Numbered from the stretch's first letter, positions 8,213 through 17,988 are shown. The stretch: DNA of 47,228 nucleotides from an uncultured Deferribacteres bacterium (GCA_964014485.1 CAXHAT010000039.1:1-47228); one strand, 5' to 3'. Notes: generated by a model from the sequence alone, not told the origin. Translations and numbers: made by a program.

Positions 8213-8910
8213 AGCTTTCTATCATCATTCCGGCGTTGAACGAAGCGTCAGCCATTGAAAAAACGCTCTCCCAGCTTCACTCACTCCGGAATGAGGCCGA
8301 GTTCGAAATTATCGTTAGCGACGGCGGAAGCTGCGACAAAACCGTGGAGCTGGCTCGGCGTTATTCAGCCGTTGTGCAGGGAGAGAAAGGACGGGGGGCG
8401 CAACTCAATCTTGGGGCGCGGCACGCTTCAGGGCGCGTCTTTTTTTTCGTCCACGCCGATATGGTTGTGCCCAAAGGCGCACTTATGGAGATTATGCAAA
8501 AAATCGAAATCGAAGGCTTCGACGGCGGCGGATTCTCGAACGTTTTTTCAACGCACAATCGAAAAATCAAGCGCTTGGGCCGGATAATGAACCTGCGTTT
8601 TTTGAACAATGATCACGCGGGAAACCTTACTTTTTTCGGCGACAACGGCATTTTTGTTAGGCGCGAAGCTTTCGAATCGCTGGGCGGTTTCAAGCAGATT
8701 CCGATTATGGAAGATTATGATTTCTCCAAACGTATGCGAGATCGGTTTCGCGTCGTTCGCATAGAAAACCCAAAGCTTATCGTTTCACCGAGGCGACACA
8801 TTGAGGCCGGTTTTTTCCAAACGCGGTTTCAGTGGATGGCGATTAAACGGCTCTATCAGCTCGGCGTCTCGCCGAATTTTTTGGCAAAGTTGTACAAGGA
8901 AGTGCGATAA
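8209..8910 (+). CDS. GT2 glycosyltransferase, TIGR04283-like
   Basis: SIIIPALNE, DGGSCD, GRGAQLNLGA, FVHAD, FGDNGIFVRR, PIMEDYDF, SPRR. Its GTG start overlaps the upstream TGA (GTGA). Confidence 0.9.
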   Translation: MKLSIIIPALNEASAIEKTLSQLHSLRNEAEFEIIVSDGGSCDKTVELARRYSAVVQGEKGRGAQLNLGARHASGRVFFFVHADMVVPKGALMEIMQKIEIEGFDGGGFSNVFSTHNRKIKRLGRIMNLRFLNNDHAGNLTFFGDNGIFVRREAFESLGGFKQIPIMEDYDFSKRMRDRFRVVRIENPKLIVSPRRHIEAGFFQTRFQWMAIKRLYQLGVSPNFLAKLYKEVR

Positions 8911-8963
8911 GACGATTCTTTGGGGAGAGGCTTGTGAAAAAAAAGAGGTTCAAGGGCGTCGCA

Positions 8964-10253
8964 TCAAAAAGGCAGGCCTTTGAGTTTGGGCTGGCCAAGC
9001 GTTCCAGTTATTGGGAAAAAAATCGCGTCATTTTCTCGCGGCAATTTGTTACCGCTGAGACTTTCATACATTTTAATAGCGCCCTTCAGAGTCCCGGTGA
9101 GCTGACTCAGCGCCAGCTTGCCTTGCGTGATCTGCGATGCGGCCAGGACTTCATCATCCACCCTCGCGATGGCATTCAATCGCGCAGTAAAAAACTTCAG
9201 CGCCAGCGTCGTGTTTTCCAAAGTCATCCGCTCGCCCTCGCGACGATATTCGATATCGGCGGATTGTACGGGTATTTCGTCGCTGTTCAGCCGCAGAATT
9301 GTGAGCAGCATTTGCTGTTTCATTCTGTCGCGGACATGCCCGGGCAGCATGATGCGTAAATTTTCCAACTTCGCGGACAGCTCGCCTTCCGGCAAACCGC
9401 CAATTCTCCCGGACTTATTGAAGCGCCGGGAAAGTTTTCCTTGAATGGTCCCGCTCTCGGCATAGTAGCTTCCGCCCCCATGGGGAGGCGTCAAAGTCAC
9501 GCCCGGTTCCGCAAAAACGGCGTTAAAACTGTCCGACAGTCGTTGGCGTTGGTAGGTTACCGGCGACGATCCGCGGTACTCTATTTCTCCCGCATAATCA
9601 AAAGTCATATGCTCGCTTTCGGCATGAATCGCGCGCATTTCAATCTTGTTTTCCGCAGGGTTCCAAATAATCTCGCCCGACGCCGTTTTCGCTTCCGACA
9701 CGGCCTGTACAACGGCAAACACCCATTTTGCGGCCTGCGGGCTTGATGCGTCGTTAACCGAAATATTTTGGGCCTTGAGTTTCAGCGTTTGCTTTTTCTG
9801 CGGGAAATCGGCGTCAAGACCGACATTTTCCTGTGTCAGCATACCATCAAAATCAAGCGTCAGATGCTCCGCGAGGTAATGCTGCGGCAAAAATGAAAGA
9901 CCAAGGTCAAGACTGTCGCAATCGAGCTTGAGGGAACTGAGCCGCCAGGTTTGCGCGGCGGCGTCATATGCAAATAAATCCCCGTAGGCAAGACTGCCGT
10001 GCAGTGACTTTGCACGAACTTTGGAAGCATCGAATTTGTTGATGACCGACAAACCTTCAACGAGAATTTGCGCCAGCAGCGGATTGACTGAGAGCTTGTC
10101 GTAGGAAATTTCGTAACCGGAATCGCGCAAGGCCGGCGACGATTTGAGTTGTTCGTCAATTCTGTCTGCGATCACAGAACCGGCGATGCTGTTGCCCAGG
10201 ACAACGGCGACGCCAAGACCGAAAAAAATGAAAAGTATGGTTCGCAGTTTCAT
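8964..10253 (-). CDS. Hypothetical membrane-anchored protein, possibly AsmA/GspN-like beta-rich
   Basis: 429-aa ORF with an N-terminal hydrophobic anchor and C-terminal PITGTLGQP. ATGA overlap with the upstream gene. Confidence 0.7.
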   Translation of the reverse strand: MKLRTILFIFFGLGVAVVLGNSIAGSVIADRIDEQLKSSPALRDSGYEISYDKLSVNPLLAQILVEGLSVINKFDASKVRAKSLHGSLAYGDLFAYDAAAQTWRLSSLKLDCDSLDLGLSFLPQHYLAEHLTLDFDGMLTQENVGLDADFPQKKQTLKLKAQNISVNDASSPQAAKWVFAVVQAVSEAKTASGEIIWNPAENKIEMRAIHAESEHMTFDYAGEIEYRGSSPVTYQRQRLSDSFNAVFAEPGVTLTPPHGGGSYYAESGTIQGKLSRRFNKSGRIGGLPEGELSAKLENLRIMLPGHVRDRMKQQMLLTILRLNSDEIPVQSADIEYRREGERMTLENTTLALKFFTARLNAIARVDDEVLAASQITQGKLALSQLTGTLKGAIKMYESLSGNKLPRENDAIFFPITGTLGQPKLKGLPF

Positions 10254-10951
10254 TTTTTGACGATGAGATGAGGAATGTTGTCAAGATTCCAATCGAGCAC
10301 AAGGCCTTGCGCAGTGCGTTTCGCGCTTTCGTAAGAATAGAGTTTTTCCACCAGATAAAGTGCTGGTTCGTAACTCAGGGCGCCGCCGACTGAGGTGATG
10401 AACTTGCCGTCAACCACCAAATTCACGTCATGACGAACGTCCACTTTGGGGAACATCTCCTTGAGTTTATCCCGGTCGGAAGGAAAAGTTGTGGCGATCT
10501 TTCCGTCAAGCGCGCCTGTTGCAGCCAGGGGAAAAGCGCCGTCGCAAACGGTTATGACGTACTTGGCTTTTTCAACCGCTTCTTTCACCCACCCCATGTA
10601 TTTTTCGTCTTCGAGATCAGAAGACATGCTGTTACCGGTGCTCGGAATAATCAAAATGTCGAATTCCGGCGCATCGTCAAAAGAATAGTGCGGCGAAACG
10701 GTGATCCCTTCAAAAGTTGTGAACGGCTTGCCGTCGTGATTGACGACAAAACAGCGCACATAGCTCGTGCTGTCACGAAAATACGTGTGTTGCAAAATAT
10801 CGTACGGCGCCATAAGCTCGGAATTATAAACCGTCTCCGCCGCCAGAAACGCCGCGTTGAGAATCTTGTTTTCATTTTTTTGCGCGTTTACATTGCAACC
10901 GAAAAATGCAACGCCTAGAATCACGAGCGATTGTCTACAAACTCTTTTCAT
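10250..10951 (-). CDS. DJ-1/PfpI family protein with a signal peptide
   Basis: APYDIL, FDILIIP, ITVCDGAFPLA (nucleophilic Cys), VVDGKFITSVG. Hydrophobic N-terminus followed by GC. Confidence 0.9.
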   Translation of the reverse strand: MKRVCRQSLVILGVAFFGCNVNAQKNENKILNAAFLAAETVYNSELMAPYDILQHTYFRDSTSYVRCFVVNHDGKPFTTFEGITVSPHYSFDDAPEFDILIIPSTGNSMSSDLEDEKYMGWVKEAVEKAKYVITVCDGAFPLAATGALDGKIATTFPSDRDKLKEMFPKVDVRHDVNLVVDGKFITSVGGALSYEPALYLVEKLYSYESAKRTAQGLVLDWNLDNIPHLIVKK

Positions 10952-11014
10952 ACTACCGTTTGTCCTGAATAAACCATTAGGATTGTAAGCAGTAAACTGA
11001 ATACCGCTTACAGT

Positions 11015-11758
11015 TTACTCATCACTACTCCCGGCCCGCTGTCTTGCCATTTCATAGAAAAAAGCCGCCGCTGCGGTCGAAACGTTCAAAGAATCTATTT
11101 TACCTAGCATGGGCAGACTGACGAGCACGTCGCATTTGCCGCGAATAAATGAACTCATGCCCTTTCCTTCCTTGCCAAAAACAAAAGCGACCGGTCGATT
11201 CAAGTCAACGTCCCACGGCTTGTCATCCTGCCCGGAATCCGTGCCAACAATGACGAAACCATTCTTTTTCAAACGATCAATCGCCCTGGCAATGCTGGCA
11301 ACTTCCGTGACCGGCACATGGAACGCCGCACCCGCGCTTGTCTTGATCGCCCCGGGCGTAAGGCTGGCGCTTCGTCGTGTCGGAATCAAAACAGAATCAA
11401 CGCCAGCGCCGTCCGCGACGCGCAGAATCGCGCCGAGATTGCGCGGGTCTTCTATGCCGTCGAGCAAGGCCAACGCCGGATTTTTGACGTCTTCCAGGCT
11501 CGCCAAAAGGGCGTCAATATCTTTGGTCGGCAGTGGGCGCATAAACGCGCACACGCCCTGGCTGTTTTGATCCGCCATGCGCTGAAAATGTTCGCGCCGG
11601 ATCTTGCGCAGCGAAACGCGGTTCTTACGCGCCAGCGCCTCGATCTTTTCAATGATGCGCCCCTCAGAACCAGCGGCTATGAAAACTTCCTTTAACGGCA
11701 GCTTTGCTTCCAGAGCTTCGATGACCGGACGACGGCCGGTGATTTTTATGTCAGGCAT
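11015..11758 (-). CDS. rlmB: 23S rRNA (guanosine-2251-2'-O)-methyltransferase
   Basis: Start reassigned to ATG 11758 (MPDIKITGRRPVIEAL). Motifs SQGV, LDGIEDPRNLGAILR, FGKEGKG, SLNVSTA. Confidence 0.93.
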   Translation of the reverse strand: MPDIKITGRRPVIEALEAKLPLKEVFIAAGSEGRIIEKIEALARKNRVSLRKIRREHFQRMADQNSQGVCAFMRPLPTKDIDALLASLEDVKNPALALLDGIEDPRNLGAILRVADGAGVDSVLIPTRRSASLTPGAIKTSAGAAFHVPVTEVASIARAIDRLKKNGFVIVGTDSGQDDKPWDVDLNRPVAFVFGKEGKGMSSFIRGKCDVLVSLPMLGKIDSLNVSTAAAAFFYEMARQRAGSSDE

Positions 11759-11765
11759 AATTGTA

Positions 11766-12155
11766 CTAATTTGGCCAGGAAAAATGTTCACTCTTTTTTG
11801 AATGCCGCCCCCGTGCAGCAATAAACAGGTGTGAAACGCGAATGATCTTGTCAAGCCGTTTTGCTTGCGTGTTGAACGTTGGGTGTTTTAAAAAACGCCT
11901 TATGAAAGTCGCGGCTTCATATTGGCCGACATCAAGAAAGGCCAGGCAATAACGAGCGTGGCAATATTTAAGTCTGTCAAAATCGGAGTCAAGGCTGAAG
12001 AAGGTCAAGCGAGGCAGTTTCAATAACTCGGGAATAATCTCATCATCTTTCAATCCCTTGCGGCCAATCTCATAACCTATCTGACGAACGCGAATTCGCC
12101 AGCTTTTTAGCAATTGTCGCTGACTTTCCGGAAAGTTTTCATCCAAGACAATCAT
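11766..12155 (-). CDS. PIN-like (DUF5615-type) putative toxin
   Basis: MIVLDENFP...GLKDDEII...FFSLDSDF. ATGA overlap with the DUF433 gene. Confidence 0.75.
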   Translation of the reverse strand: MIVLDENFPESQRQLLKSWRIRVRQIGYEIGRKGLKDDEIIPELLKLPRLTFFSLDSDFDRLKYCHARYCLAFLDVGQYEAATFIRRFLKHPTFNTQAKRLDKIIRVSHLFIAARGRHSKKSEHFSWPN

Positions 12156-12406
12156 GCCGGAGTTAGTTCAAGCGCGAAATCGTCTGAATGTTGATAAAAC
12201 GCTTGATTGGCGAGGCGAACCGCCTCGCCAATGGCTTCTTTCGAGATACTGTTCCGCCACTCATCGACAATCGCTTCCCACGCCATCCCGCTAGCGACCT
12301 GCTCCAGAACTTGCGTCACCATAATTCGCGTCCCGATAAAAGTAGGCTTGCCGTGACAAATTTCCGGATCGGCTACGATGTATCTTCCGAGCAACTTTCG
12401 ACTCAT
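12152..12406 (-). CDS. DUF433 family putative antitoxin
   Basis: IVADPEICHGKPTFIGTRIMV..VLE..ASG. ATG at 12406 chosen as the start. Confidence 0.9.
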   Translation of the reverse strand: MSRKLLGRYIVADPEICHGKPTFIGTRIMVTQVLEQVASGMAWEAIVDEWRNSISKEAIGEAVRLANQAFYQHSDDFALELTPA

Positions 12407-12492
12407 TGTGATCAACTCGCTAAAATAGTGAAGCGTCGCTTGTTTAAACTTAAATATACGACAATACCTGAATGAAGCAATCTCTGAAAAAA

Positions 12493-13791
12493 TTACTGTT
12501 TATAAACGACCCCGTCCTTCATAACAAAAGTAACGTTCATCATCGTCTTGATGTCTTCTTCGGGATTTCCATCAACAGCAATGACATCCGCGATTTTGCC
12601 TTTTTCGAGCGTGCCAAGACGATCTTCAACGCCAAGCAATTTGGCGCCGTGGTACGTGGCGGATTTGATCGCTTCCATCGCCGGCATCCCGGCTTCGACC
12701 ATGTATTCGAATTCGATCGCGTTGACGCCGTGCCGAAAAACGCCCGCATCCGTGCCGAAAGCAATGGGTACGCCCGCCTTGTAAGCGCGCCTGAACATGT
12801 CCTGCATTAAGGGGCCGATTTCGAGCGCTTTGGGCGTAACAAACGGATGGTAATAACCTTCAATTTTGGCCGAATCGGCGACGGATTTACCAGCGGTAAT
12901 CGTCGGCACGAGATAGCAGCCCATCTCCCTCATCAATTTCATGCCTTCATCGTCAATGTAGGTGCCGTGCTCGATTGAAGCAACGCCTGCGCGGACGGCG
13001 CGCTTCAATCCCTCAGCGCCATGAGCATGGGCGCACACTTTTTTGCCGAAATCGCGCGCCGTTTCCACAATGACGCGAATTTCTTCTTCGGTAAATTGCG
13101 GCGTGCTGCCGTTGGCCGCCAGGGAAAGGACGCCAGCCGTTGCCGTAATTTTAATCACGTCCGAGCCGCGCTTGATTTGCAAAAGCGTCGCCCGCCGCGC
13201 ACTTTCAACGCCGCTAACAATGCCTTGTTCAGCGGTTGGAACCGGCAGGATGTCTTCGCGAAAACTATTGGTACCGTCGCCGTGACCGCCAAGAACGGCC
13301 AAAGAATTTCCGGCGACAAACATACGCGGCCCAACAATATCGCCGCGGCGAACGGCGTTGCGCAGGGATATTCCCAAAAATTCCGACCCGCTGCCAACGT
13401 TGCGCACCGTTGTAAATCCAGCCATGAGCGTGCGTTTGAGATATTTCAGGGATTGCAGGACGACATCTTGCGGATAGTTTTGGAACCTGTCAATGTACCC
13501 GCCCTTTTTCGTTTCGCCGGTCACGTGCGTGTGCATGTCCATTAAGCCGGGCATGACATATTTTTGCTTCAGATCAATCACCTCGTCGCCGCTCGATGCG
13601 CTTGTGAAGCCTTTTTCGACAGAGGCGATCTTGCCGTTTTCTATAATGATCGAAACGTCTTTTTGAAACTCGTCGGCGACGCCGTCGGCCATGTGTCCGG
13701 CGTGAATGATCGTACGTTGGGCGAATCCTTGCGTCAAGGCGAACGCCAATGAAAACAGAACAACGATTGTTCGAACAACTCTTTTTTGCAT
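12493..13791 (-). CDS. Secreted amidohydrolase-family protein (Xaa-Pro dipeptidase / carboxypeptidase-like)
   Basis: Signal peptide. Metal ligands MPGLMDMHTH, VIK, HAHG, SIEHG, FGTDAG. C-terminal GTLEKGKIADVIAV. Confidence 0.9.
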   Translation of the reverse strand: MQKRVVRTIVVLFSLAFALTQGFAQRTIIHAGHMADGVADEFQKDVSIIIENGKIASVEKGFTSASSGDEVIDLKQKYVMPGLMDMHTHVTGETKKGGYIDRFQNYPQDVVLQSLKYLKRTLMAGFTTVRNVGSGSEFLGISLRNAVRRGDIVGPRMFVAGNSLAVLGGHGDGTNSFREDILPVPTAEQGIVSGVESARRATLLQIKRGSDVIKITATAGVLSLAANGSTPQFTEEEIRVIVETARDFGKKVCAHAHGAEGLKRAVRAGVASIEHGTYIDDEGMKLMREMGCYLVPTITAGKSVADSAKIEGYYHPFVTPKALEIGPLMQDMFRRAYKAGVPIAFGTDAGVFRHGVNAIEFEYMVEAGMPAMEAIKSATYHGAKLLGVEDRLGTLEKGKIADVIAVDGNPEEDIKTMMNVTFVMKDGVVYKQ

Positions 13792-13892
13792 TTCCCTCTC
13801 TCCATTTTCGGCGGAACAACGATTGAAATTCAGGCGCTTTGATACCGCAAATTGATTTGAATTGCAAGGCTTTTGCCACTGAGCAGGATTTT

Positions 13893-13920
13893 GGTTGATA
13901 ATGTTACGACGGGGTATAAT
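13893..13920 (+). promoter_or_regulatory. Candidate sigma70 promoter in a divergent intergenic region
   Basis: Perfect TATAAT at 13915-13920 with TTGGTT 18 nt upstream. GAGGAG SD precedes ATG 13973. Confidence 0.35.
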
Positions 13921-13972
13921 TTTCTTTTTGATCGAATATTGATGTAAGGCTCAATTCCGAGGAGAAGGTTCC

Positions 13973-15301
13973 ATGAAAAAATTTATAGTCTCGCTTTTTC
14001 TTTTTACGCTGATTGCTGAATCATCGGCAAATGACAAACTTCCTGTCATCCTTTCCATGCGCGAGCGCGCTGAACTGCGCGACCGATGGCTTGACGCCCG
14101 GCTGGAAAAAGTCATTCCGCAAATCATGCGTCGTGAAGGGATCGACATGTGGGTGATTATCGCGCGCGAGTATAATGAAGACCCGGTTTTCAAATCGATG
14201 GCGCCGTCCACGTGGATTTCGGCCCGACGTCGAACCATTCTCGTGTTTTTTGACAACGGCGAAGGCAAACCGACAGATCGCCTGGCGGTTGCTCGCTATG
14301 ACATTGGCCGTTTTTTCAAAAGCGTCTGGAACAAAGAAAAGCAGCCGGATCAGTGGAAACGGTTGGCTGAGTTAATCCAGGAGCGAAATCCCCAAAAAGT
14401 CGCCATAAACTATTCAAAAACCTTTGCTTTGGGCGACGGCGTCACGCACAGCGAGTTTGAGAGCTTCAAGGCCGCCTTGCCCGAATCATATCATTCCAAA
14501 ATCGTCTCTGGCGAACGCCTCGCCATCGGCTGGCTTGAAACGCGCATCCCTGAAGAAATGGCGGTTTATTCGACCATTTGCAAAATCGCGCACGACATCA
14601 TTGCGGAAGGTTTTTCGCCACAGGTCATTCAGCCGGGCTTTACGACAACAGCAGACGTACAATGGTGGTATCGCGAGCGCATTCGTGAATTAAAACTCGT
14701 GACTTGGTTCCATCCGTCCGTATCGATCCAGCGCGCCGATGACGCCGAGCATTCCGGAAATTTCTCATCGAAACCGGGCGAGCAAATTATTCAACGGGGC
14801 GATTTGCTGCATGTTGATTTTGGCATAAACTATCTTGGTTTAAATACAGACACGCAACAACACGCCTATGTGCTAAAATTCGGCGAAACCGAAGCGCCGC
14901 AAGGCTTACGGGATGCGCTGAAAGTCGGCAATCGTTTGCAGGATATTTTGATGATGAATTTCAAGCAAGGCAGGTCTGGCAATGAAATTTTAGCGGCCTC
15001 GCTGAAACAAGCCAAATCGGAAAGCATTGTTCCAAGCATTTATACGCACCCTATCGGTTTCCACGGCCACGCCGCCGGGCCGACCATTGGATTATGGGAT
15101 CAACAGGGCGGCGTGCCTGGGCGCGGTGATTACGAGCTTTTTTATAACACGGCTCATTCCATTGAACTCAACGCTACCGTCGAAATCCCGGAATGGAACA
15201 ATAAAAAAGTGCGCATCATGCTGGAAGAAGACGCCATTTTTGATGAATCAGGCTGCCGGTTCATCGATCCGCGCCAGACGGAATTAATTTTGATTCTATG
15301 A
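13973..15301 (+). CDS. M24 family metallopeptidase (Xaa-Pro aminopeptidase-like), secreted
   Basis: Signal peptide, REYNEDPVF, LHVDFG...TDTQQ, THPIGFHGH, HSIE, LEED. Confidence 0.9.
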   Translation: MKKFIVSLFLFTLIAESSANDKLPVILSMRERAELRDRWLDARLEKVIPQIMRREGIDMWVIIAREYNEDPVFKSMAPSTWISARRRTILVFFDNGEGKPTDRLAVARYDIGRFFKSVWNKEKQPDQWKRLAELIQERNPQKVAINYSKTFALGDGVTHSEFESFKAALPESYHSKIVSGERLAIGWLETRIPEEMAVYSTICKIAHDIIAEGFSPQVIQPGFTTTADVQWWYRERIRELKLVTWFHPSVSIQRADDAEHSGNFSSKPGEQIIQRGDLLHVDFGINYLGLNTDTQQHAYVLKFGETEAPQGLRDALKVGNRLQDILMMNFKQGRSGNEILAASLKQAKSESIVPSIYTHPIGFHGHAAGPTIGLWDQQGGVPGRGDYELFYNTAHSIELNATVEIPEWNNKKVRIMLEEDAIFDESGCRFIDPRQTELILIL

Positions 15302-15310
15302 AAGGAAAGG

Positions 15311-15429
15311 GGGTTGTCCTAAAACATATCCTTTTAGAGCGCGACACGACATGCCGTAGGGGTTCAAAATTTTGAACCCTTGCATTTGGGACATACCCTT
15401 CATTAAGAGACCAAGTTTTTGGACAGCCC
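15311..15429. repeat. Small inverted-repeat-bounded element containing a GTAG-type REP palindrome
   Basis: Ends GGGTTGTCCTAAAAC / GTTTTTGGACAGCCC (13/15). The internal perfect 20-bp palindrome GGGTTCAAAATTTTGAACCC (15360-15379) is preceded by GTAG. Confidence 0.6.
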
Positions 15430-15596
15430 TTGCCCTTCATCGACCAGGCTGTGCGTCGGCCATTTGCTGCGTTTTTTGTCTTGACCCACGCTGCCGCTGA
15501 ACTAAAAGCCTAAAATTTGCGGAACGGCGGCAGTCAGCACGCCCAAAATCGTTCCCAACATCCCCTTAACCCACTCGTTGCCATTATCAGCCCTAA

Positions 15597-15835
15597 TCAG
15601 AGAAGTTTGTCCGTCATCATTTCATAAAGCACGACGCCAAACGACCAAATATCCGTGCGGTGATCCAGCGGACGGTCTTCCGCTTGCTCCGGTGACATAT
15701 AGCCGAGCGTAGCGTGCCAAGCGTCGTTTGCGCCCGGGTAATGTCATCGTCGTCTGAAATTTTCGACAGGCCGAAATCCATGATTTTGATCACATCCCCG
15801 GCGGAGCCTGAAACGACCATGAGGTTGGATTTTTT
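15597..15835 (-). pseudogene. Frameshifted Ser/Thr protein kinase fragment
   Basis: KSNLM...IKIMDFGLSK...TTLGTL, then in another frame GYMSPEQ...[18 protein letters not shown]. The shift comes from the tandem duplication AGCGT-AGCGT at 15706-15715. No N-lobe is present. Confidence 0.85.
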
Positions 15836-16081
15836 GACCGATCATTCAGGTCGCGCTCTCTGCGTTTCGGGTTTGCAAAAAAGCATAATCGTTTTGGCGT
15901 AAGAATGCAAGGCGCGGGGAACGGCCTGAAGGTTTCTGAATGCGCTGACCGCAAGACGGACGAAAGCTCGCTCAAAAACATCGACAAGCTCGCGCATATT
16001 GGTACAGAATTCCGAGGTTTTTCGCCTTCAAATGTTTATGGTCTTGGGCGGCAGGAACGAGCAATTAATTTTGGGTTGAAA

Positions 16082-17206
16082 ATGCTAAAAATCGAATCAT
16101 TGATTTTACGGGAAATAAAGCTCCCCTTAAAAGAACCGTTTGAAATCTCCTCCGGCTGGGTGCGTGATCGGCGCATTCTGCTCGTTGAAACTGTGGACGT
16201 CGCAGGGCGCTCAGGCTGGGGGGAATGCGTGGCGGGAGAATCCCCGAACTATCTTCCCGAAACAATCGATACTTGTTGGCTCGCAATCAAAAACTGGGTG
16301 GCGCCGCGCGTGCTCGGCAAAAAGTTCGACAGCCCGGAGTTCGTTTTCCCAGCGCTCGAAAAAGATTTTCGCGGGCATTTGATGGCCAAAGCTGCCGTTG
16401 AAATGGCTGCTTGGGCATTGGCCGCGGAAATTGCAGAGAAATCTTTGGCGGAAATGCTTGGCGGCGTACGGCGGGAAATCCCTGTCGGCATTTCTCTGGG
16501 CATTCAAAAATCTCCGGAAGCGCTGGTGGAGCGTGCGGCAAAAGCCTTGAGCGAGGGCTACCGTAAAATCAAAATCAAGATCAAGCCGGGCAAGGATGTC
16601 GAATATGTTCGCGCCGCTCGTGAGGCTTTGGGTCCGCAGGCAGGGCTGATGGCCGACGCCAACAACGCCTACACGCTGGACGACATTGAACATCTGAAAC
16701 TACTCGACGATCTGAATCTGATGATGATCGAGCAGCCGTTGATGTGGGACGACGTGGTTCAGCACGCGCAATTGCAACGGGAGCTAAAAACGCCGGTTTG
16801 TCTGGACGAATCAATCACCAGCGTAGATCGCGCTCAGGACATGATCGCGCTCAAGAGCGGACGCATCGTAAACATCAAGCCCGGACGCGTCGGCGGATTG
16901 AGCATGTCGAAAAAAATCCATGACTTATGCGAAAAAAACGACGTGCCGGTGTGGTGCGGTGGCATGCTGGAAAGCGGGATCGGGCGCGCGCACAACGTTG
17001 CGCTGGCTTCTCTGCCGAATTTCAAGCTGCCGGGAGACGTTTCTCCGAGCGCGCGTTACTGGGCGCAGGACGTCGTTAAGCCGGAGTGGACAATGGACGA
17101 AAACGGCATCGTCGTCGTGCCGATGGACAAGCCCGGACTTGGCGTCGCCGTCGATCTCTCGAGAGTTGACGCGTTGACCGTCAGAACTGAAACTTATCGC
17201 GCTTGA
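16082..17206 (+). CDS. menC: o-Succinylbenzoate synthase / N-succinylamino acid racemase (NSAR/OSBS subfamily)
   Basis: Start reassigned to ATG 16082. KIKIKPG, ADAN, IEQP, LDESI, NIKPGRVGG, WCGGMLESGIG. Confidence 0.9.
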   Translation: MLKIESLILREIKLPLKEPFEISSGWVRDRRILLVETVDVAGRSGWGECVAGESPNYLPETIDTCWLAIKNWVAPRVLGKKFDSPEFVFPALEKDFRGHLMAKAAVEMAAWALAAEIAEKSLAEMLGGVRREIPVGISLGIQKSPEALVERAAKALSEGYRKIKIKIKPGKDVEYVRAAREALGPQAGLMADANNAYTLDDIEHLKLLDDLNLMMIEQPLMWDDVVQHAQLQRELKTPVCLDESITSVDRAQDMIALKSGRIVNIKPGRVGGLSMSKKIHDLCEKNDVPVWCGGMLESGIGRAHNVALASLPNFKLPGDVSPSARYWAQDVVKPEWTMDENGIVVVPMDKPGLGVAVDLSRVDALTVRTETYRA

Positions 17207-17277
17207 GAATCGACTGCGCCTTGCATTTGAAGCCGAGATTCCATTATCTTTGACCCCCAGAAACCGAGAACCGCTAG

Positions 17278-17961
17278 ATGATAAATCGCGAAAAGCAGAA
17301 AGAATTGGCCGCAAGGGCGGCGGTTGAATATGTTCAGGACGGCATGGTTGTCGGCCTCGGAACCGGCTCAACCGCAGCTTACGCCATCCACCTTATTTCA
17401 GACAAAATCAAAGCAGGGCTTGACGTCCACGGAGTCCCCACCTCGATCGGCGTCGAAAAAATGGCCCGAGAACTCGGCGTGCCGATTTCCGACTATACCC
17501 ATGAACCCACGAGCGTTGATCTTGTCATCGACGGCGCCGACGAATCGGACGCGCACCTTAACGTCGTTAAAGGCGGCGGCGGCGCCTTGTTGCGCGAAAA
17601 AATCGTTGCGGCGATGAGCCGGAAAGTGATTTTCATCGCCGACGCTTCGAAATTGAAGACCGTGCTGGGCGCCTTTCCTTTGCCGGTGGAAGTTATGCCG
17701 TTTGGTTGGCGGTCTACGGCCAGGTTTATCAAATCGCTTGGCGCTCAGGAGGTTGAACTCAGGAAGCGGGACGGCGAAGTTTTTGTCACCGACAACAAGA
17801 ATTGGATTCTCGACTGCCGTTTTGAACGAATCGCCGAACCGGAAACGCTTTCAAAAGCCTTGAACGCCGTCCCGGGGGTGGTCGAAAACGGACTGTTTAT
17901 TGATTTGTGCGACGTCTTGATCTTAGCTGACGGAAACGGTAAAATCCAGAAGATCGAATAA
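17278..17961 (+). CDS. rpiA: Ribose-5-phosphate isomerase A
   Basis: GLGTGST, IDGADE, KGGGGALLREKIVA, PLPVEV, PGVVENGLF. Confidence 0.97.
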   Translation: MINREKQKELAARAAVEYVQDGMVVGLGTGSTAAYAIHLISDKIKAGLDVHGVPTSIGVEKMARELGVPISDYTHEPTSVDLVIDGADESDAHLNVVKGGGGALLREKIVAAMSRKVIFIADASKLKTVLGAFPLPVEVMPFGWRSTARFIKSLGAQEVELRKRDGEVFVTDNKNWILDCRFERIAEPETLSKALNAVPGVVENGLFIDLCDVLILADGNGKIQKIE

Positions 17962-17988
17962 CCATAAGACCGAGGAAGAAAACGAACT

